A model generated the notes under the pieces. It ran no database searches, had not been told where the DNA came from, and saw only the letters and a program-made list of their open reading frames with translations. Positions 17,752 through 27,009 of a stretch of 34,836 nt of DNA are shown piece by piece. The position numbers and the translations under genes were made by a program. The stretch's first letter is position 1; each line of letters opens with the position of its first letter. Origin of the DNA: an uncultured Planctomycetales bacterium (lineage in GTDB: Bacteria > Omnitrophota > Gorgyraeia > Zapsychrales > Fredricksoniimonadaceae); assembly GCA_964400365.1 (NCBI GenBank), contig CAYNTZ010000002.1, forward strand, positions 1 through 34,836, written 5' to 3'.

Positions 17752-17785
17752 CCCCTCCCCTGGAGGGAGGGGTAAGGGGAGGGGG
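17752..17785 (+). promoter_or_regulatory. C-tract/G-tract element: two mutually exclusive hairpins and a G-quadruplex motif upstream of queF
   Basis: CCCCTCCC (17752-59) can pair with GGGAGGGG (17765-72). Alternatively CCCCTCCCC (17752-60) can pair with GGGGAGGGG (17776-84). The G side reads GGGAGGGGTAAGGGGAGGGGG, which is four G3+ tracts with loops of 1, 3 and 1 nt. It lies 24 nt before the queF ATG. Confidence 0.4.
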
Positions 17786-17808
17786 CAGAAATTAACAGGG
17801 AGAGCGTT

Positions 17809-18207
17809 ATGGCAAGTTCATACGAAGGTAAGCAAGATAAGATCCGCGCATTAAAGATGCCTGCTATCGAAGTTTGGGAAAATCAATATAGCGACCGGGA
17901 TTATGTGGTGGATTTGACTATTCCAGAATTCACCTGCATTTGCCCGAAGACCGGATTGCCGGATTTTGCCACCATCAAGGTGAGCTACCGTCCAGCCAAG
18001 CTGTGTTTGGAGTTAAAGTCATTAAAGATGCATTTGGTTGAATACCGTGATGTCGGTATTTTTCATGAGCATTTGGTGAATAAGCTGTTGGATGATTTTG
18101 TTAAAGCGTGTAAACCGCGCTGGATGAAGATTGAAGTGGTGATGAATCCCCGCGGAGGGATTGCTACTAATGTGACAGCAGAGTATCCTTTGAAAGGGAA
18201 AAAATAA
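17809..18207 (+). CDS. queF: NADPH-dependent 7-cyano-7-deazaguanine reductase (type I)
   Basis: It has the catalytic Cys context EFTCICPKTGLPDFATI and the QueF motif region, and the size fits (132 aa). Confidence 0.9.
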   Translation: MASSYEGKQDKIRALKMPAIEVWENQYSDRDYVVDLTIPEFTCICPKTGLPDFATIKVSYRPAKLCLELKSLKMHLVEYRDVGIFHEHLVNKLLDDFVKACKPRWMKIEVVMNPRGGIATNVTAEYPLKGKK

Positions 18208-18924
18208 ATGAAACGCCACGACGGACGCAAACCAAATGAATTACGTAAGATTAAAGTGACTAAGAATTATTTAAAGGATCCAGAAGGTTCCTGCCTGATT
18301 GAATTTGGCGCAACCCGGGTGATTTGCACCGCTTCGGTCGAAGAGGGCGTACCCCCATTCTTAAAAGGCCAAGGCAAGGGTTGGGTCACGGCGGAATACG
18401 GCATGTTGCCCCGTTCAGTGACTAGCCGCATGCGCCGGGAAAAAGCGTCAGGCGGCCGCACTGAAGAAATCCAGCGTTTAGTTGGACGTTCCCTGCGGGC
18501 GATTGTTGATATGAGCCAATTAGGTGAGCGCACCATCAAGATTGATTGTGATGTGATCCAAGGCGATGGCGGCACACGCACCGCGTCCATTACCGGCGGG
18601 TTTATTGCACTAGCGGATGCCTTAAAATGGATGATGGATAAGGGGATGATTGCCCGCATACCGTTAAAAGACTCTATTGCGGCGATTTCTGTCGGTATTT
18701 CAAAGGGTGAACCGGTTTTGGATTTGGATTATATTGAAGATTCAAAAGCGGATGTTGATATGAATGTGGTGATGACGGGCAAGGGGCAATTTGTCGAGGT
18801 GCAAGGCACCGGCGAAGGCGGCACCTTTAGCAAGGAACAGATGGACAAGCTATTGGCCTTAGCGCAAAAGGGCATCAAGGAATTATTAGCCATCCAAAAA
18901 AAGAATTTACCGTATTTAAAATGA
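18208..18924 (+). CDS. rph: Ribonuclease PH
   Basis: It shows [16 protein letters not shown].., [15 protein letters not shown] and [18 protein letters not shown]. Confidence 0.95.
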   Translation: MKRHDGRKPNELRKIKVTKNYLKDPEGSCLIEFGATRVICTASVEEGVPPFLKGQGKGWVTAEYGMLPRSVTSRMRREKASGGRTEEIQRLVGRSLRAIVDMSQLGERTIKIDCDVIQGDGGTRTASITGGFIALADALKWMMDKGMIARIPLKDSIAAISVGISKGEPVLDLDYIEDSKADVDMNVVMTGKGQFVEVQGTGEGGTFSKEQMDKLLALAQKGIKELLAIQKKNLPYLK

Positions 18925-19523
18925 TGATGAAAGAATTAATTGTCGCATCCCGCAATAGGGGCAAGGTTGGCGAGATTAAAGAGTTATTGGTGGGATTGCC
19001 CTATAAGGTAAGCTCGCTGTTGGACTATCCTGATTTACCTGATGTTGTCGAAGATGGTAAGACCTATAAGGAAAATGCCTTAAAGAAGGCCCGTGAGATT
19101 GCGTTATTAACCGGCAAGATGACTATGTCGGATGATTCCGGGCTTGAAGTAAAGGCGCTTAATAATGCGCCTGGCATCTATTCTGCCCGTTTTGCCGGCG
19201 AGGGCAAGAGCGAGAAGGATAAGAATAAGAAATTATTTGCGATGCTAAAAGATGTCCCTGCGGCACGCCGCCAAGCCCGTTACCGCTGCGTGATTGCCTT
19301 GGTTGACGGCCGGGGCCGGGAACTTGGGTGTGTGGAGGGTACCTGCAGCGGTTTTATCACCACCGAGGAGCGGGGTAGCAACGGTTTTGGATTTGACCCG
19401 CTGTTTTTACTTAAACGCTACAATAAAACCTTTGGCGAATTGCCCTCAAGCGTTAAACAACGCATTTCCCACCGGGCCCGCGCGCTTCAGAAATTCCGTA
19501 TTAAAATAATGTCTTTAAAATAG
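18921..19523 (+). CDS. rdgB: Non-canonical purine NTP pyrophosphatase (HAM1/RdgB)
   Basis: It shows [33 protein letters not shown] and SHRARAL. Confidence 0.9.
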   Translation: MMMKELIVASRNRGKVGEIKELLVGLPYKVSSLLDYPDLPDVVEDGKTYKENALKKAREIALLTGKMTMSDDSGLEVKALNNAPGIYSARFAGEGKSEKDKNKKLFAMLKDVPAARRQARYRCVIALVDGRGRELGCVEGTCSGFITTEERGSNGFGFDPLFLLKRYNKTFGELPSSVKQRISHRARALQKFRIKIMSLK

Positions 19524-22500
19524 AGTTGATGACCTGCGGGACTGAGATTTTCTTGTCGAATTTAGGGTCGCTGACCTTCCCATAAATATGGATACTTAAG
19601 GTGCGCAAGACTTCTTCGGCGATTGGCGGCACCAGCCCTGAGCTCATGTCAACGCCCATGGTTAAATCGCAATCCTGGTTAAAATTAACCCAGCCTTGGC
19701 CTAAGAGGACAATGGTGGGGCTCTTTAAGCGCAGGTTATCTGTTGATATTTTCTGATTTACCAGGACAAAATTAGCTTCTACGTCGGTGATCATGACCTG
19801 GCCTAGGCGCAGGGCTTCGTTAAGTGCGCCTAATAATCCTTTGAATATTTTAAATTCAGTTAAAAATCCCTCGCGGATGGCCAAGGTGCCTTTGGCTTGT
19901 AGGGTTTTCATATCAGCGATGCGCCCGTTGGCGATGGTGGTTAAATAAAATTTACCGTTAATTTCTTCAGCCTTAAGCGGGGAATCCATTTTTAATTTCT
20001 TCATATCAACTTCATCAATGTTAAGGGCAAGCTCAAAAGGCATGGAATCAACGCTTAAATCAGTTGAGGCAACCGCATGCACCTTGCCGCCGTATAAGGA
20101 GGCGTTGAGCGTCAGGTTCTTTATTTTTTGTTCAGATTCAATCGCGCTAACTGACAGGTCGGTTAGCGTATAGCCCATCATTGAGACCGATGGGCTGGTG
20201 GCGGTGGCATTTAATGTCCAGTTTTTCCAATCAGCGGCGGGACCTTTCATGTCGGCATTGATGTTTATATTGCCTGTTGGTTTAAGCGGCAAGATAGCCT
20301 TCTGCTGCTCTTGGGGAAGCAGGTTGAGGATGTCTTCGATTTGGAAGGTTATGTTATTTTTTAGGTCAAGTATTTGTTGGCTGCCGGCTAGGGTGACGCT
20401 GCCCTTGGTGTCAAAGGCAATATTAAGGTATTTGCCTTTTAAGGTGTTGATGCTGATTAAGTCACCCTCCTTGGCGATATCTGCTTTTAATTGTACTTGG
20501 GCACCGTCTAGACTGGTGGTGACCTTGGGGTTATTGAAATCGTTTAATCCGCCGGTTAAGGTGTAGGCTTGCCCTAAATAGGTGGCGGTAAAATCACGCC
20601 ATTTGAGCGTGTCAGGAGTGGCTTCGATGACACCGGTAATATCTTTTATTTTTTGGTTAAAGGTGCTGCTGGCGATATTAACATCCTTTAGGCTGGCTAC
20701 GGCTAAGATCTTGCCATCCAGGGGCGATAAGGCCATTCCATCGAACTTTACTTTTACCGAAGCGATTCCATCCATGTCCAGCCCATATTGTTTGATTAGG
20801 TCAGGGATGATTTCTTTGACGCGGGCAAGGTTTAAGTCATTGGCTTCAGCCGTCATGCTGATAAGCGGGTTTTTAAAATTACTAATGCTCCCGTTAGCGC
20901 GTAAATCCGTGTCCAGGATATTAATGGTAATAGCATTAATGGTAGCGGCATCGGTTTTAAAATCAGCGTCTAATTCAATACCCTTGATTAAGTCCGTCAT
21001 GGGGAAACCTTTGACATGGGCATCGCTGACTGTAATCGACCCGCTATAGGTCAAGGCGGCAGGATCCTTTAGGGGTAAGGTTATGTTTATGTCGATACGG
21101 GGACTGGCATCTACAACCTTATTACCACCCAAATCAAGGCGGCCGTTGGTGATGCTTGTTTCTGTGGATAGTTTAAGGATGCCGTCGATAACTTTAAGTA
21201 ACACTGTTTTTGCTTTAATATTAGCGGAAGCATTAATATTCTGATCTAAGTCGATAGTCATGTCATCGATGCTTAGTTTAGTTGAGAGGGTAATATCTTG
21301 CTTATTGGTTAAGCTAAGCTGGGTATCTTGGGCGGTGATATGGCCGCTGAAGGATTTAGTGGCATCAAGGGCAGCTTTAACATGATCAGCGTTTAAGTCA
21401 CCTTGCACCTCAATATGGTTTTCATCGCTCATGCGCACGGTCAGTGGTTTTAAGGTGATGTCGCCTTTCAGGGTTTGATTAAGCCAGGTGATATCTAGTG
21501 ACTTGCCGATGATGGATCCAACTAGTTGAGAGCCGTCCTTATCTTTACGTATTTTGATATTATCTAGGGATAATTGCCCCTTAATGATTTGGTTGTCAGA
21601 TAATTTAATGTAAATAGATTCGGCAATGGTCGAACCTTCATAGTTAATTAAATCTTTGGTGGTTGTCAGGTCGCTGATTTTGCCTTTTAAGTGGCCGGAG
21701 GCTGTAAGGGTGGGGGTGGTGATGTCTAGGTTTGTTAAATTAAAATCACCTTTGGCCTTAATCGGCCCGTTTGACCATTCGGCATCGAGGCCGGCAATGT
21801 CAATGTTACCTTTAAGGTAGTGTTCATTGGCATTAAGGTTAATTTGGTTGATGGTGATATTACCTTGGGCAGCGATACCTGTTTTGCCATAATCGATGGT
21901 TAGGTCTACTTTTTTGATAAGCCCGCTGTAAATTTTTAGGTTAGGGACAGCAACGAGTGACAAGTAGGCGCTGGTATCGATGTTTTTTAGTTCCAGGGTT
22001 GTGTGCAGGCTTTGATTTAAGGGTTGGTAGCTGCCCTTGGCCGCAAGATAGCCTTGGCGCTGCGGGATGCTACTGGTGAAATCGTAGTTGATGCCTTTAT
22101 GGGAGAGCGACATTTTTAAGTTAATAGCGTCAAAGAGTTCAGTCCAGGCCTTGTCCAATGAGACATCATCAACGCGCAACTGGCCATCGATGATATTGAC
22201 TGCTCCCAAGATAATGTTGAACGGGGATGGTTTTTCTTCAACAGCGGCGGGCGCTGGCTGAGCAGGGAGTAGGTCTGAGAAATTCCAAACATCTGGTCCA
22301 GTGCGGATTAAATGGGCTGAAGGGTGTTGTACGTTGACAAAGGGAATAGTGATTTGGTGCTGCTTGATGCCTGGGATAACGATGATGCCGAAGGTGACTC
22401 CTTCTGCTTGGGCAAAGACGTCGGTGGTTGAATCTTTTTGGTAGACCTTGATTTTGTCAATTATGAAACCTTTGACCCAACTAAAACGGATATTGCCAAT

Positions 22501-22650
22501 TTCCACCTTGCGTTTTAGGAAATGTTGGGCCTGTTCGATGGCTATTTTTCGGACTAATTTAGGAAAAATAACGCGATTAACATACAATGTCACGGCGGTG
22601 ATAAAGAAAATAATGGCAAGGGTAATAATAATGAGTTTTTGGTGTTTCAT
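19501..22650 (-). CDS. AsmA/TamB-like large envelope protein
   Basis: A single N-terminal TM anchor (LIIITLAIIFFITAVTLYV) is followed by about 1000 aa of repetitive beta-rich sequence lacking Cys. The N-terminal region is typical of the AsmA family. The 3' end overlaps rdgB convergently by 23 nt. Confidence 0.7.
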   Translation of the reverse strand: MKHQKLIIITLAIIFFITAVTLYVNRVIFPKLVRKIAIEQAQHFLKRKVEIGNIRFSWVKGFIIDKIKVYQKDSTTDVFAQAEGVTFGIIVIPGIKQHQITIPFVNVQHPSAHLIRTGPDVWNFSDLLPAQPAPAAVEEKPSPFNIILGAVNIIDGQLRVDDVSLDKAWTELFDAINLKMSLSHKGINYDFTSSIPQRQGYLAAKGSYQPLNQSLHTTLELKNIDTSAYLSLVAVPNLKIYSGLIKKVDLTIDYGKTGIAAQGNITINQINLNANEHYLKGNIDIAGLDAEWSNGPIKAKGDFNLTNLDITTPTLTASGHLKGKISDLTTTKDLINYEGSTIAESIYIKLSDNQIIKGQLSLDNIKIRKDKDGSQLVGSIIGKSLDITWLNQTLKGDITLKPLTVRMSDENHIEVQGDLNADHVKAALDATKSFSGHITAQDTQLSLTNKQDITLSTKLSIDDMTIDLDQNINASANIKAKTVLLKVIDGILKLSTETSITNGRLDLGGNKVVDASPRIDINITLPLKDPAALTYSGSITVSDAHVKGFPMTDLIKGIELDADFKTDAATINAITINILDTDLRANGSISNFKNPLISMTAEANDLNLARVKEIIPDLIKQYGLDMDGIASVKVKFDGMALSPLDGKILAVASLKDVNIASSTFNQKIKDITGVIEATPDTLKWRDFTATYLGQAYTLTGGLNDFNNPKVTTSLDGAQVQLKADIAKEGDLISINTLKGKYLNIAFDTKGSVTLAGSQQILDLKNNITFQIEDILNLLPQEQQKAILPLKPTGNININADMKGPAADWKNWTLNATATSPSVSMMGYTLTDLSVSAIESEQKIKNLTLNASLYGGKVHAVASTDLSVDSMPFELALNIDEVDMKKLKMDSPLKAEEINGKFYLTTIANGRIADMKTLQAKGTLAIREGFLTEFKIFKGLLGALNEALRLGQVMITDVEANFVLVNQKISTDNLRLKSPTIVLLGQGWVNFNQDCDLTMGVDMSSGLVPPIAEEVLRTLSIHIYGKVSDPKFDKKISVPQVINSILKTLF

Positions 22651-22679
22651 AGGATTTTTATATTATACATGACATATTT

Positions 22680-22708
22680 TTGATTTCAATGCTTTGACGT
22701 GATATACT
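22680..22708 (+). promoter_or_regulatory. Candidate sigma70 promoter of tRNA-Pro
   Basis: TTGATT, a 17-nt spacer and TATACT end 13 nt before the mature tRNA 5' end. Confidence 0.35.
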
Positions 22709-22721
22709 TGTGCAAATTTTA

Positions 22722-22795
22722 CGGGGAGTAGCGCAGTTGGCTAGCGCGCTTGCTTTGGGAGCAAGAGGTCCCGGGTTCGAGCCCCGGCTTCCCGA
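22722..22795 (+). tRNA. tRNA-Pro (anticodon TGG)
   Basis: I folded the cloverleaf by hand. Acceptor CGGGGAG/CTTCCCG has one G-U pair. The D stem is GCGC/GCGC and the anticodon stem CTTGC/GCAAG with loop TTTGGGA. The T arm is CCGGG-TTCGAGC-CCCGG. CCA is not encoded. Confidence 0.9.
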
Positions 22796-22818
22796 TTTTT
22801 TAAATCCATCCATTTGTT

Positions 22819-25077
22819 ATGCCACTATTCAAACGTGACCACACCAGACTGATTTGTGATGTAGGGGAAATCGCCGGCCTTTTTCATGATGCCCCCAGCA
22901 TGGAAGATTTCCTGCAGAAAATCACCAGCATGGTCACCCGTCACATGGCCTGCGAAGTCTGCTCCATCTATCTTTATTATGATGACAAAGAAGAGCTGGT
23001 CCTTAAAGCCACGCAGGGTTTAAGCGCGTCATCCGTTAATAACGTGCGCATGAAATTAGGCGAGGGTTTAACCGGTTTATCGCTTAAAGAAAAGCGCCCT
23101 ATCTGTGAAGGCCAGGCGAAGAATAACCCTAATTTCCGTTTTTTTCCTGGCATTGGGGAAGAACGTTTTGAATCATTTTTGGCCGTGCCGATCCTGCGCG
23201 GGTCAACCGAGATTGGCGTCATGGTTGTTCAAAGCGAAAAGCAGAATTATTTTTCGCCTGAAGATATCCAGGTTTTCCGTGCCATCACCGCGCAATTAGC
23301 CACCACTGTTGAGACCGCCAAGTTGTTAATCACGCTGAATGAAAAAAAAGAGAAGCCTAAGCCGCAGGCGACAGGTGACTTGAAATTCATTAAAGGCCGC
23401 AGCGGGGCTGAAGGTGTGGCCTTAGCGCATACCGTAGTGATTGATGAATCATTGACGGATTTGCATATTTTCTTAGCTGGTGAGAAAAGCAATGACAGTG
23501 AGGCGGATTTCTATCGGGCAGTTGAGCAAACCATTAGGCAGTTAGAAGAATTACAAAATGACATTGAAGCCGCCTTGTTTGATGTGGCGGCGTTAATATT
23601 CACCGCCCAAATCTTGATGCTTAAGGATAAGGGATTCGTTGATGCTATTGCCCGTACCATTAAGTCAGGAGCCGGAGCTACCGAGGCTATAGTGACGGTG
23701 GTTAATAGTTATGTGGGCAAGTTTAGTTTAATCCAGGATGCTTACCTTCGTGATAAGATTTATGATGTGAAGGATGTGGGGCGGCGGTTATTGGAGAATT
23801 TGACGGGCAAGGCCTATCAGCATAGCGAGTATGAAGATAAGATTGTGATTGCCCGGGAGCTGTTGCCATCGGATGCGCTAAAGCTTTTTTCACAGCGGGT
23901 TAAGGGGATTATCCTCTTAAGTGGCGGGGCTACCAGCCATGTGGCTATTTTGTCGCGTTCCTTGAATATGCCCTTGGTGATTGCTGAGGAGCCCAGGCTT
24001 TTGGCTTTGCCGGCAGATGCCGAGGTCTTAATGGATGCCTTAATGGGTTATATCCATATTAACCCTACGGATGAAATCAAGGCCAAGGTTTTAGCGCGTG
24101 AGGAGTTAAGCCATAATATTGAAGGTTTAAAGAAGCTGGTTAATGATAAACCTTGCACCAAGGATGGCACGGCCGTTAAGTTGATGGCCAATATTAATTT
24201 GTTAGGGGACTTAAAGGCGGCTAATGAATTTAAGGCGCAAGGCATCGGCCTTTACCGCACTGAATTTCCCTTTATGATACGCAATAATTTCCCGTCCGAA
24301 GAAGAGCAGTATTTGATTTACCGGCGTTTGGTGGAGGGGATGAAGGATAAGGAAATCACCATCCGTACGCTTGATATCGGCGGGGATAAGGTGCTGTCTT
24401 ATTTTGATTATGACAAGGAACAAAACCCGTTCTTAGGGTTACGTTCAATCAGGTTTTCCCTGCGTCACCCGGATGTTTTTGTTACACAATTGCGGGCCAT
24501 CTTGCGTGCGGCCGTTGGTGCGCGGGTGCGGATCCTTTTTCCTATGATTTCATCGATGGACGAGTTTCTTCAAGCGAAGGCCATTGTTAAAGAATGCATT
24601 GCGGATTTGCACCGGCAAGAGCAGGAGGCTATTGAAGATCCAGCCATCGGCGTCATGGTGGAATTGCCTGCGGCAGTTGAGATTATTGATGATTTAGCTC
24701 AAGCAGCAGACTTTTTGTCGGTGGGTACCAATGACTTAGTGCAATATATGCTGGCAGTTGACCGCACCAACCAAAAGGTGGCAGACATGTATTTATCGCA
24801 TCACCCGGCGGTGCTGCGGGCGTTAAAGAAAATTGCCGAGGCTGGCCGTCGGCATGGTAAGGACGTGTCGATTTGCGGGGATATGGCCCATGAGGTCAAA
24901 TACCTGCCTCTCTTGCTGGGTTTAGGGATCCGTGTTTTAAGTGTTGACTCCCGTTATTTGCCGCGCCTGCATGAGCAATTGTCCCAGCTTACGTTAGTTG
25001 ATTGTGAAGCCTTGACGGCAAAGATATTAAAGGAAAGCCAAATTAGCTGCATCACTCAATTATTGGAGCAAGGTTGA
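22819..25077 (+). CDS. ptsP: Phosphoenolpyruvate-protein phosphotransferase with N-terminal GAF domain (EI-Ntr)
   Basis: A GAF domain is followed by PEP-utilising enzyme motifs: GGATSHVAILSRSLNMPLV (catalytic His), GLYRTEF, FLSVGTNDLVQY and CGDMA. Confidence 0.9.
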   Translation: MPLFKRDHTRLICDVGEIAGLFHDAPSMEDFLQKITSMVTRHMACEVCSIYLYYDDKEELVLKATQGLSASSVNNVRMKLGEGLTGLSLKEKRPICEGQAKNNPNFRFFPGIGEERFESFLAVPILRGSTEIGVMVVQSEKQNYFSPEDIQVFRAITAQLATTVETAKLLITLNEKKEKPKPQATGDLKFIKGRSGAEGVALAHTVVIDESLTDLHIFLAGEKSNDSEADFYRAVEQTIRQLEELQNDIEAALFDVAALIFTAQILMLKDKGFVDAIARTIKSGAGATEAIVTVVNSYVGKFSLIQDAYLRDKIYDVKDVGRRLLENLTGKAYQHSEYEDKIVIARELLPSDALKLFSQRVKGIILLSGGATSHVAILSRSLNMPLVIAEEPRLLALPADAEVLMDALMGYIHINPTDEIKAKVLAREELSHNIEGLKKLVNDKPCTKDGTAVKLMANINLLGDLKAANEFKAQGIGLYRTEFPFMIRNNFPSEEEQYLIYRRLVEGMKDKEITIRTLDIGGDKVLSYFDYDKEQNPFLGLRSIRFSLRHPDVFVTQLRAILRAAVGARVRILFPMISSMDEFLQAKAIVKECIADLHRQEQEAIEDPAIGVMVELPAAVEIIDDLAQAADFLSVGTNDLVQYMLAVDRTNQKVADMYLSHHPAVLRALKKIAEAGRRHGKDVSICGDMAHEVKYLPLLLGLGIRVLSVDSRYLPRLHEQLSQLTLVDCEALTAKILKESQISCITQLLEQG

Positions 25078-26588
25078 TTGAACTGCGTGACCGTTTCTTA
25101 AAGCTGGTCTTGCTGGTAAGCCTATTGGGAGTGTTATGTCTCCTGTTGGCCCAGCCGATTAATTTAACGGCTGTTGACATCGGACGGCACATTAAAAATG
25201 GCCAACTGCTCCTGCAGGGGCAAACTGATCTGCTGTACAAGAATTACTATTCCTTTACCCATCCGGATTACCCGTTTATCAACCACCATTGGTTTTTTGG
25301 CGTTGTGGCCTATTTGTGTTGGCAGGTGATTGGGTATACGGGCCTTTCCATTGCCTATGCGGGAATGTTGTTGGGTGCGTTTATTTTATTTTGGCTTTCA
25401 GCCCGCCGGCATGCCTCTTTTGCCGTTGTTTTTTTCTTAAGCGCGTTAACTGTATCTGTGGTCACAGACCGTCGGGAGATTCGCCCTGAGGGGTTTAGTT
25501 CCTTGGCGTTAGGGATTTATTTCTATCTACTTTACAGTTTTAAGTGCAAGCGCCTATCCATTAAACAATTGGCTTGGGTGTTATTGCCCATCCAGTTGAT
25601 TTGGGTTAACACCCATATTTTCTTTTTTATGGGGCCATTATTGGTGGCGTTATTTTGGTGGGATGCGCGTGTATGCGGTGACGATAAGCCGCGGATGAAG
25701 GCCCTGCAAGCGTTGGGGGTGGGGGCGCTGATGATTAATGTGGCTAACCCATCCGGCTTATGGGGAATGTTAACGCCGTTGAATATTTTTAAAGAATTTG
25801 GCTATCGCTTGGCGGAGAATCAGAATATCTTTTTCATGATGCAGCGTTTTTCCGGCGAGCTTAGTTATAAATGGTATTTAGTGTTGGTAGCCGTTGTTTT
25901 AGTCGGTGGGGTTCTGGCCGTAAGGCGTGATGGCCTAAAGGCGCAGCTGCCATTTTTAGTGTTAGCTTTTTTTGTTGCGGCAGCAGGTCTTAAAGCGGTG
26001 CGGCTGATGCCATTTTTTGCTTTCTTTTTTATCCCGTTGGCGGCACGTTTTTATGCGCCCTATGTCCAGGGGCGTTTGGTTAAAGGGGCATTAATTGCGG
26101 CTGCTATTATTATCGTAGGGGTGCAATATAAAGGGATTGTAAGGCAGGGCGGGATTGGGCTGATGCCTGGTATTAATAAGTCAGCAGAGTTTTTCCAGGC
26201 AGTTGGTTTAAGGGGGTCGATATTTAGCAATTACGATATAGGCGGGTATTTGATTTATCATCTAGCCCCACAGGTAAAGGTCTTTGTGGATAATCGCCAG
26301 GAAGCTTTTCCGCCAGACTTTTTTAAGCGGGTGTATATGCCCATGCAGGAAAATGCGGCGGTGTGGCAAGAGCAATTGGCGCAGAATAACTTTCAAGTGG
26401 TATACTTCTACCGGCATGATTTAACCCCCTGGGGCCAGCAGTTTATGGTGGAGCGTGTCAGCGATCCGGCGTGGGCGCCGGTGTTTGTGGACAATTACAC
26501 GATTATCTTTGCCCGCAGGGGAGGGGTCAATCAAGCGGTGATTGACAAGTATGAATTACCTAAGAGTATGTTTTCCGTCGCCAAGTAG
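25074..26588 (+). CDS. Polytopic integral membrane protein, function unknown
   Basis: Many hydrophobic helices span the first ~350 aa and a soluble C-terminal domain follows. The TTG start overlaps the ptsP stop. I recognise no family, and a GT-C-like fold is only a guess. Confidence 0.55.
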   Translation: MIELRDRFLKLVLLVSLLGVLCLLLAQPINLTAVDIGRHIKNGQLLLQGQTDLLYKNYYSFTHPDYPFINHHWFFGVVAYLCWQVIGYTGLSIAYAGMLLGAFILFWLSARRHASFAVVFFLSALTVSVVTDRREIRPEGFSSLALGIYFYLLYSFKCKRLSIKQLAWVLLPIQLIWVNTHIFFFMGPLLVALFWWDARVCGDDKPRMKALQALGVGALMINVANPSGLWGMLTPLNIFKEFGYRLAENQNIFFMMQRFSGELSYKWYLVLVAVVLVGGVLAVRRDGLKAQLPFLVLAFFVAAAGLKAVRLMPFFAFFFIPLAARFYAPYVQGRLVKGALIAAAIIIVGVQYKGIVRQGGIGLMPGINKSAEFFQAVGLRGSIFSNYDIGGYLIYHLAPQVKVFVDNRQEAFPPDFFKRVYMPMQENAAVWQEQLAQNNFQVVYFYRHDLTPWGQQFMVERVSDPAWAPVFVDNYTIIFARRGGVNQAVIDKYELPKSMFSVAK

Positions 26589-26610
26589 AGCTTTACAGTG
26601 CAAATAAATT

Positions 26611-26640
26611 TTGTTAGGATTGAACGCCTTTAATAAAGAA
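26611..26640 (+). repeat. Degenerate partial copy of the tRNA-Arg D-arm/anticodon-stem/intron-start junction
   Basis: TTAGGATTGAACGCCTTTAATAAAGAA aligns by eye to TTGGATAGAGCAACAGCCTTCAATAAGGAG (26971-27000), with about 22 of 27 positions matching. Confidence 0.4.
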
Positions 26641-26643
26641 AAT

Positions 26644-26718
26644 GTCCCTGTAGCTCAGTTGCCTGTCTACCGACAGGTAGAGATACCTGCCTGCCGGCAG
26701 GCAGGGAGCAACAGCCTT
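26644..26718 (+). pseudogene. Disrupted duplicate of the tRNA-Arg 5' exon carrying a 44-nt palindromic insertion in the D-loop
   Basis: AATGTCCCTGTAGCTCAGTTG (26641-61) is identical to 26953-73. GAGCAACAGCCTT (26706-18) is identical to 26978-90. Between them, 44 nt (26662-26705) replace GATA. No matching 3' half follows. Confidence 0.65.
26662..26705. repeat. Two GC-rich palindromic hairpins (REP/MITE-like insert)
   Basis: The first is CCTGTC-TACC-GACAGG (26662-77). The second is the perfect 20-nt palindrome CCTGCCTGCCGGCAGGCAGG (26686-705). Confidence 0.6.
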
Positions 26719-27009
26719 ATGTATACAGTGTATGCGTTAAAGTCAGACAAAGATCAGCGAATATATGTGGGCATGTCACAGGATGTTTTAAAAAGGTTAA
26801 AAGAGCATAATAGGGGGCAAACCACATCAACGAAGCCATATAGACCTTGGAGAATTCTCCATGTTGAATATTTTAATACAAGACTTGAAGCTAGATTAAT
26901 TGAAAAGAAATGGAAGTCAGGGAGTGGTAAAGAATATCTAAAGAATTTGAATAATGTCCCTGTAGCTCAGTTGGATAGAGCAACAGCCTTCAATAAGGAG
27001 CCTTTATAG
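26719..27009 (+). CDS. Small GIY-YIG nuclease-domain protein (UPF0213/COG2827-like)
   Basis: MYTVYALKSDKDQRIYVGMSQDVLKRLKEHNRGQ..RPWRILHVEYFNTRLEARLIEKKWKSGSGKEYL matches the GIY..YVG..R..H..E GIY-YIG core. The ATG follows the duplicated exon end CCTT directly. The reading frame runs through the real tRNA-Arg 5' exon and stops 19 nt into the intron. Confidence 0.75.
   Translation: MYTVYALKSDKDQRIYVGMSQDVLKRLKEHNRGQTTSTKPYRPWRILHVEYFNTRLEARLIEKKWKSGSGKEYLKNLNNVPVAQLDRATAFNKEPL

Noticed and set aside
17714-17808. The queE-queF spacer could be a preQ1 riboswitch or an intrinsic terminator.
   Set aside because: No U-tract follows the hairpin, so it is not a terminator. I cannot match the sequence to the preQ1-I hairpin plus A-rich tail from memory. 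I kept it only as an unexplained structured or G4 element.
19501-19523. The rdgB and AsmA-like 3' ends overlap convergently by 23 nt.
   Set aside because: Small convergent overlaps are common in compact genomes. Both C-termini look native, and nothing suggests a functional antisense element.
26611-26718. The ORF track extends the GIY-YIG protein N-terminally (MLGLNAFNKENVPVAQLPVYRQVEIPACRQAGSNSL).
   Set aside because: This stretch is the translation of tRNA-derived sequence and two palindromes. The conserved GIY-YIG core begins at the ATG at 26719 (MYTVYAL..), and I use that start.
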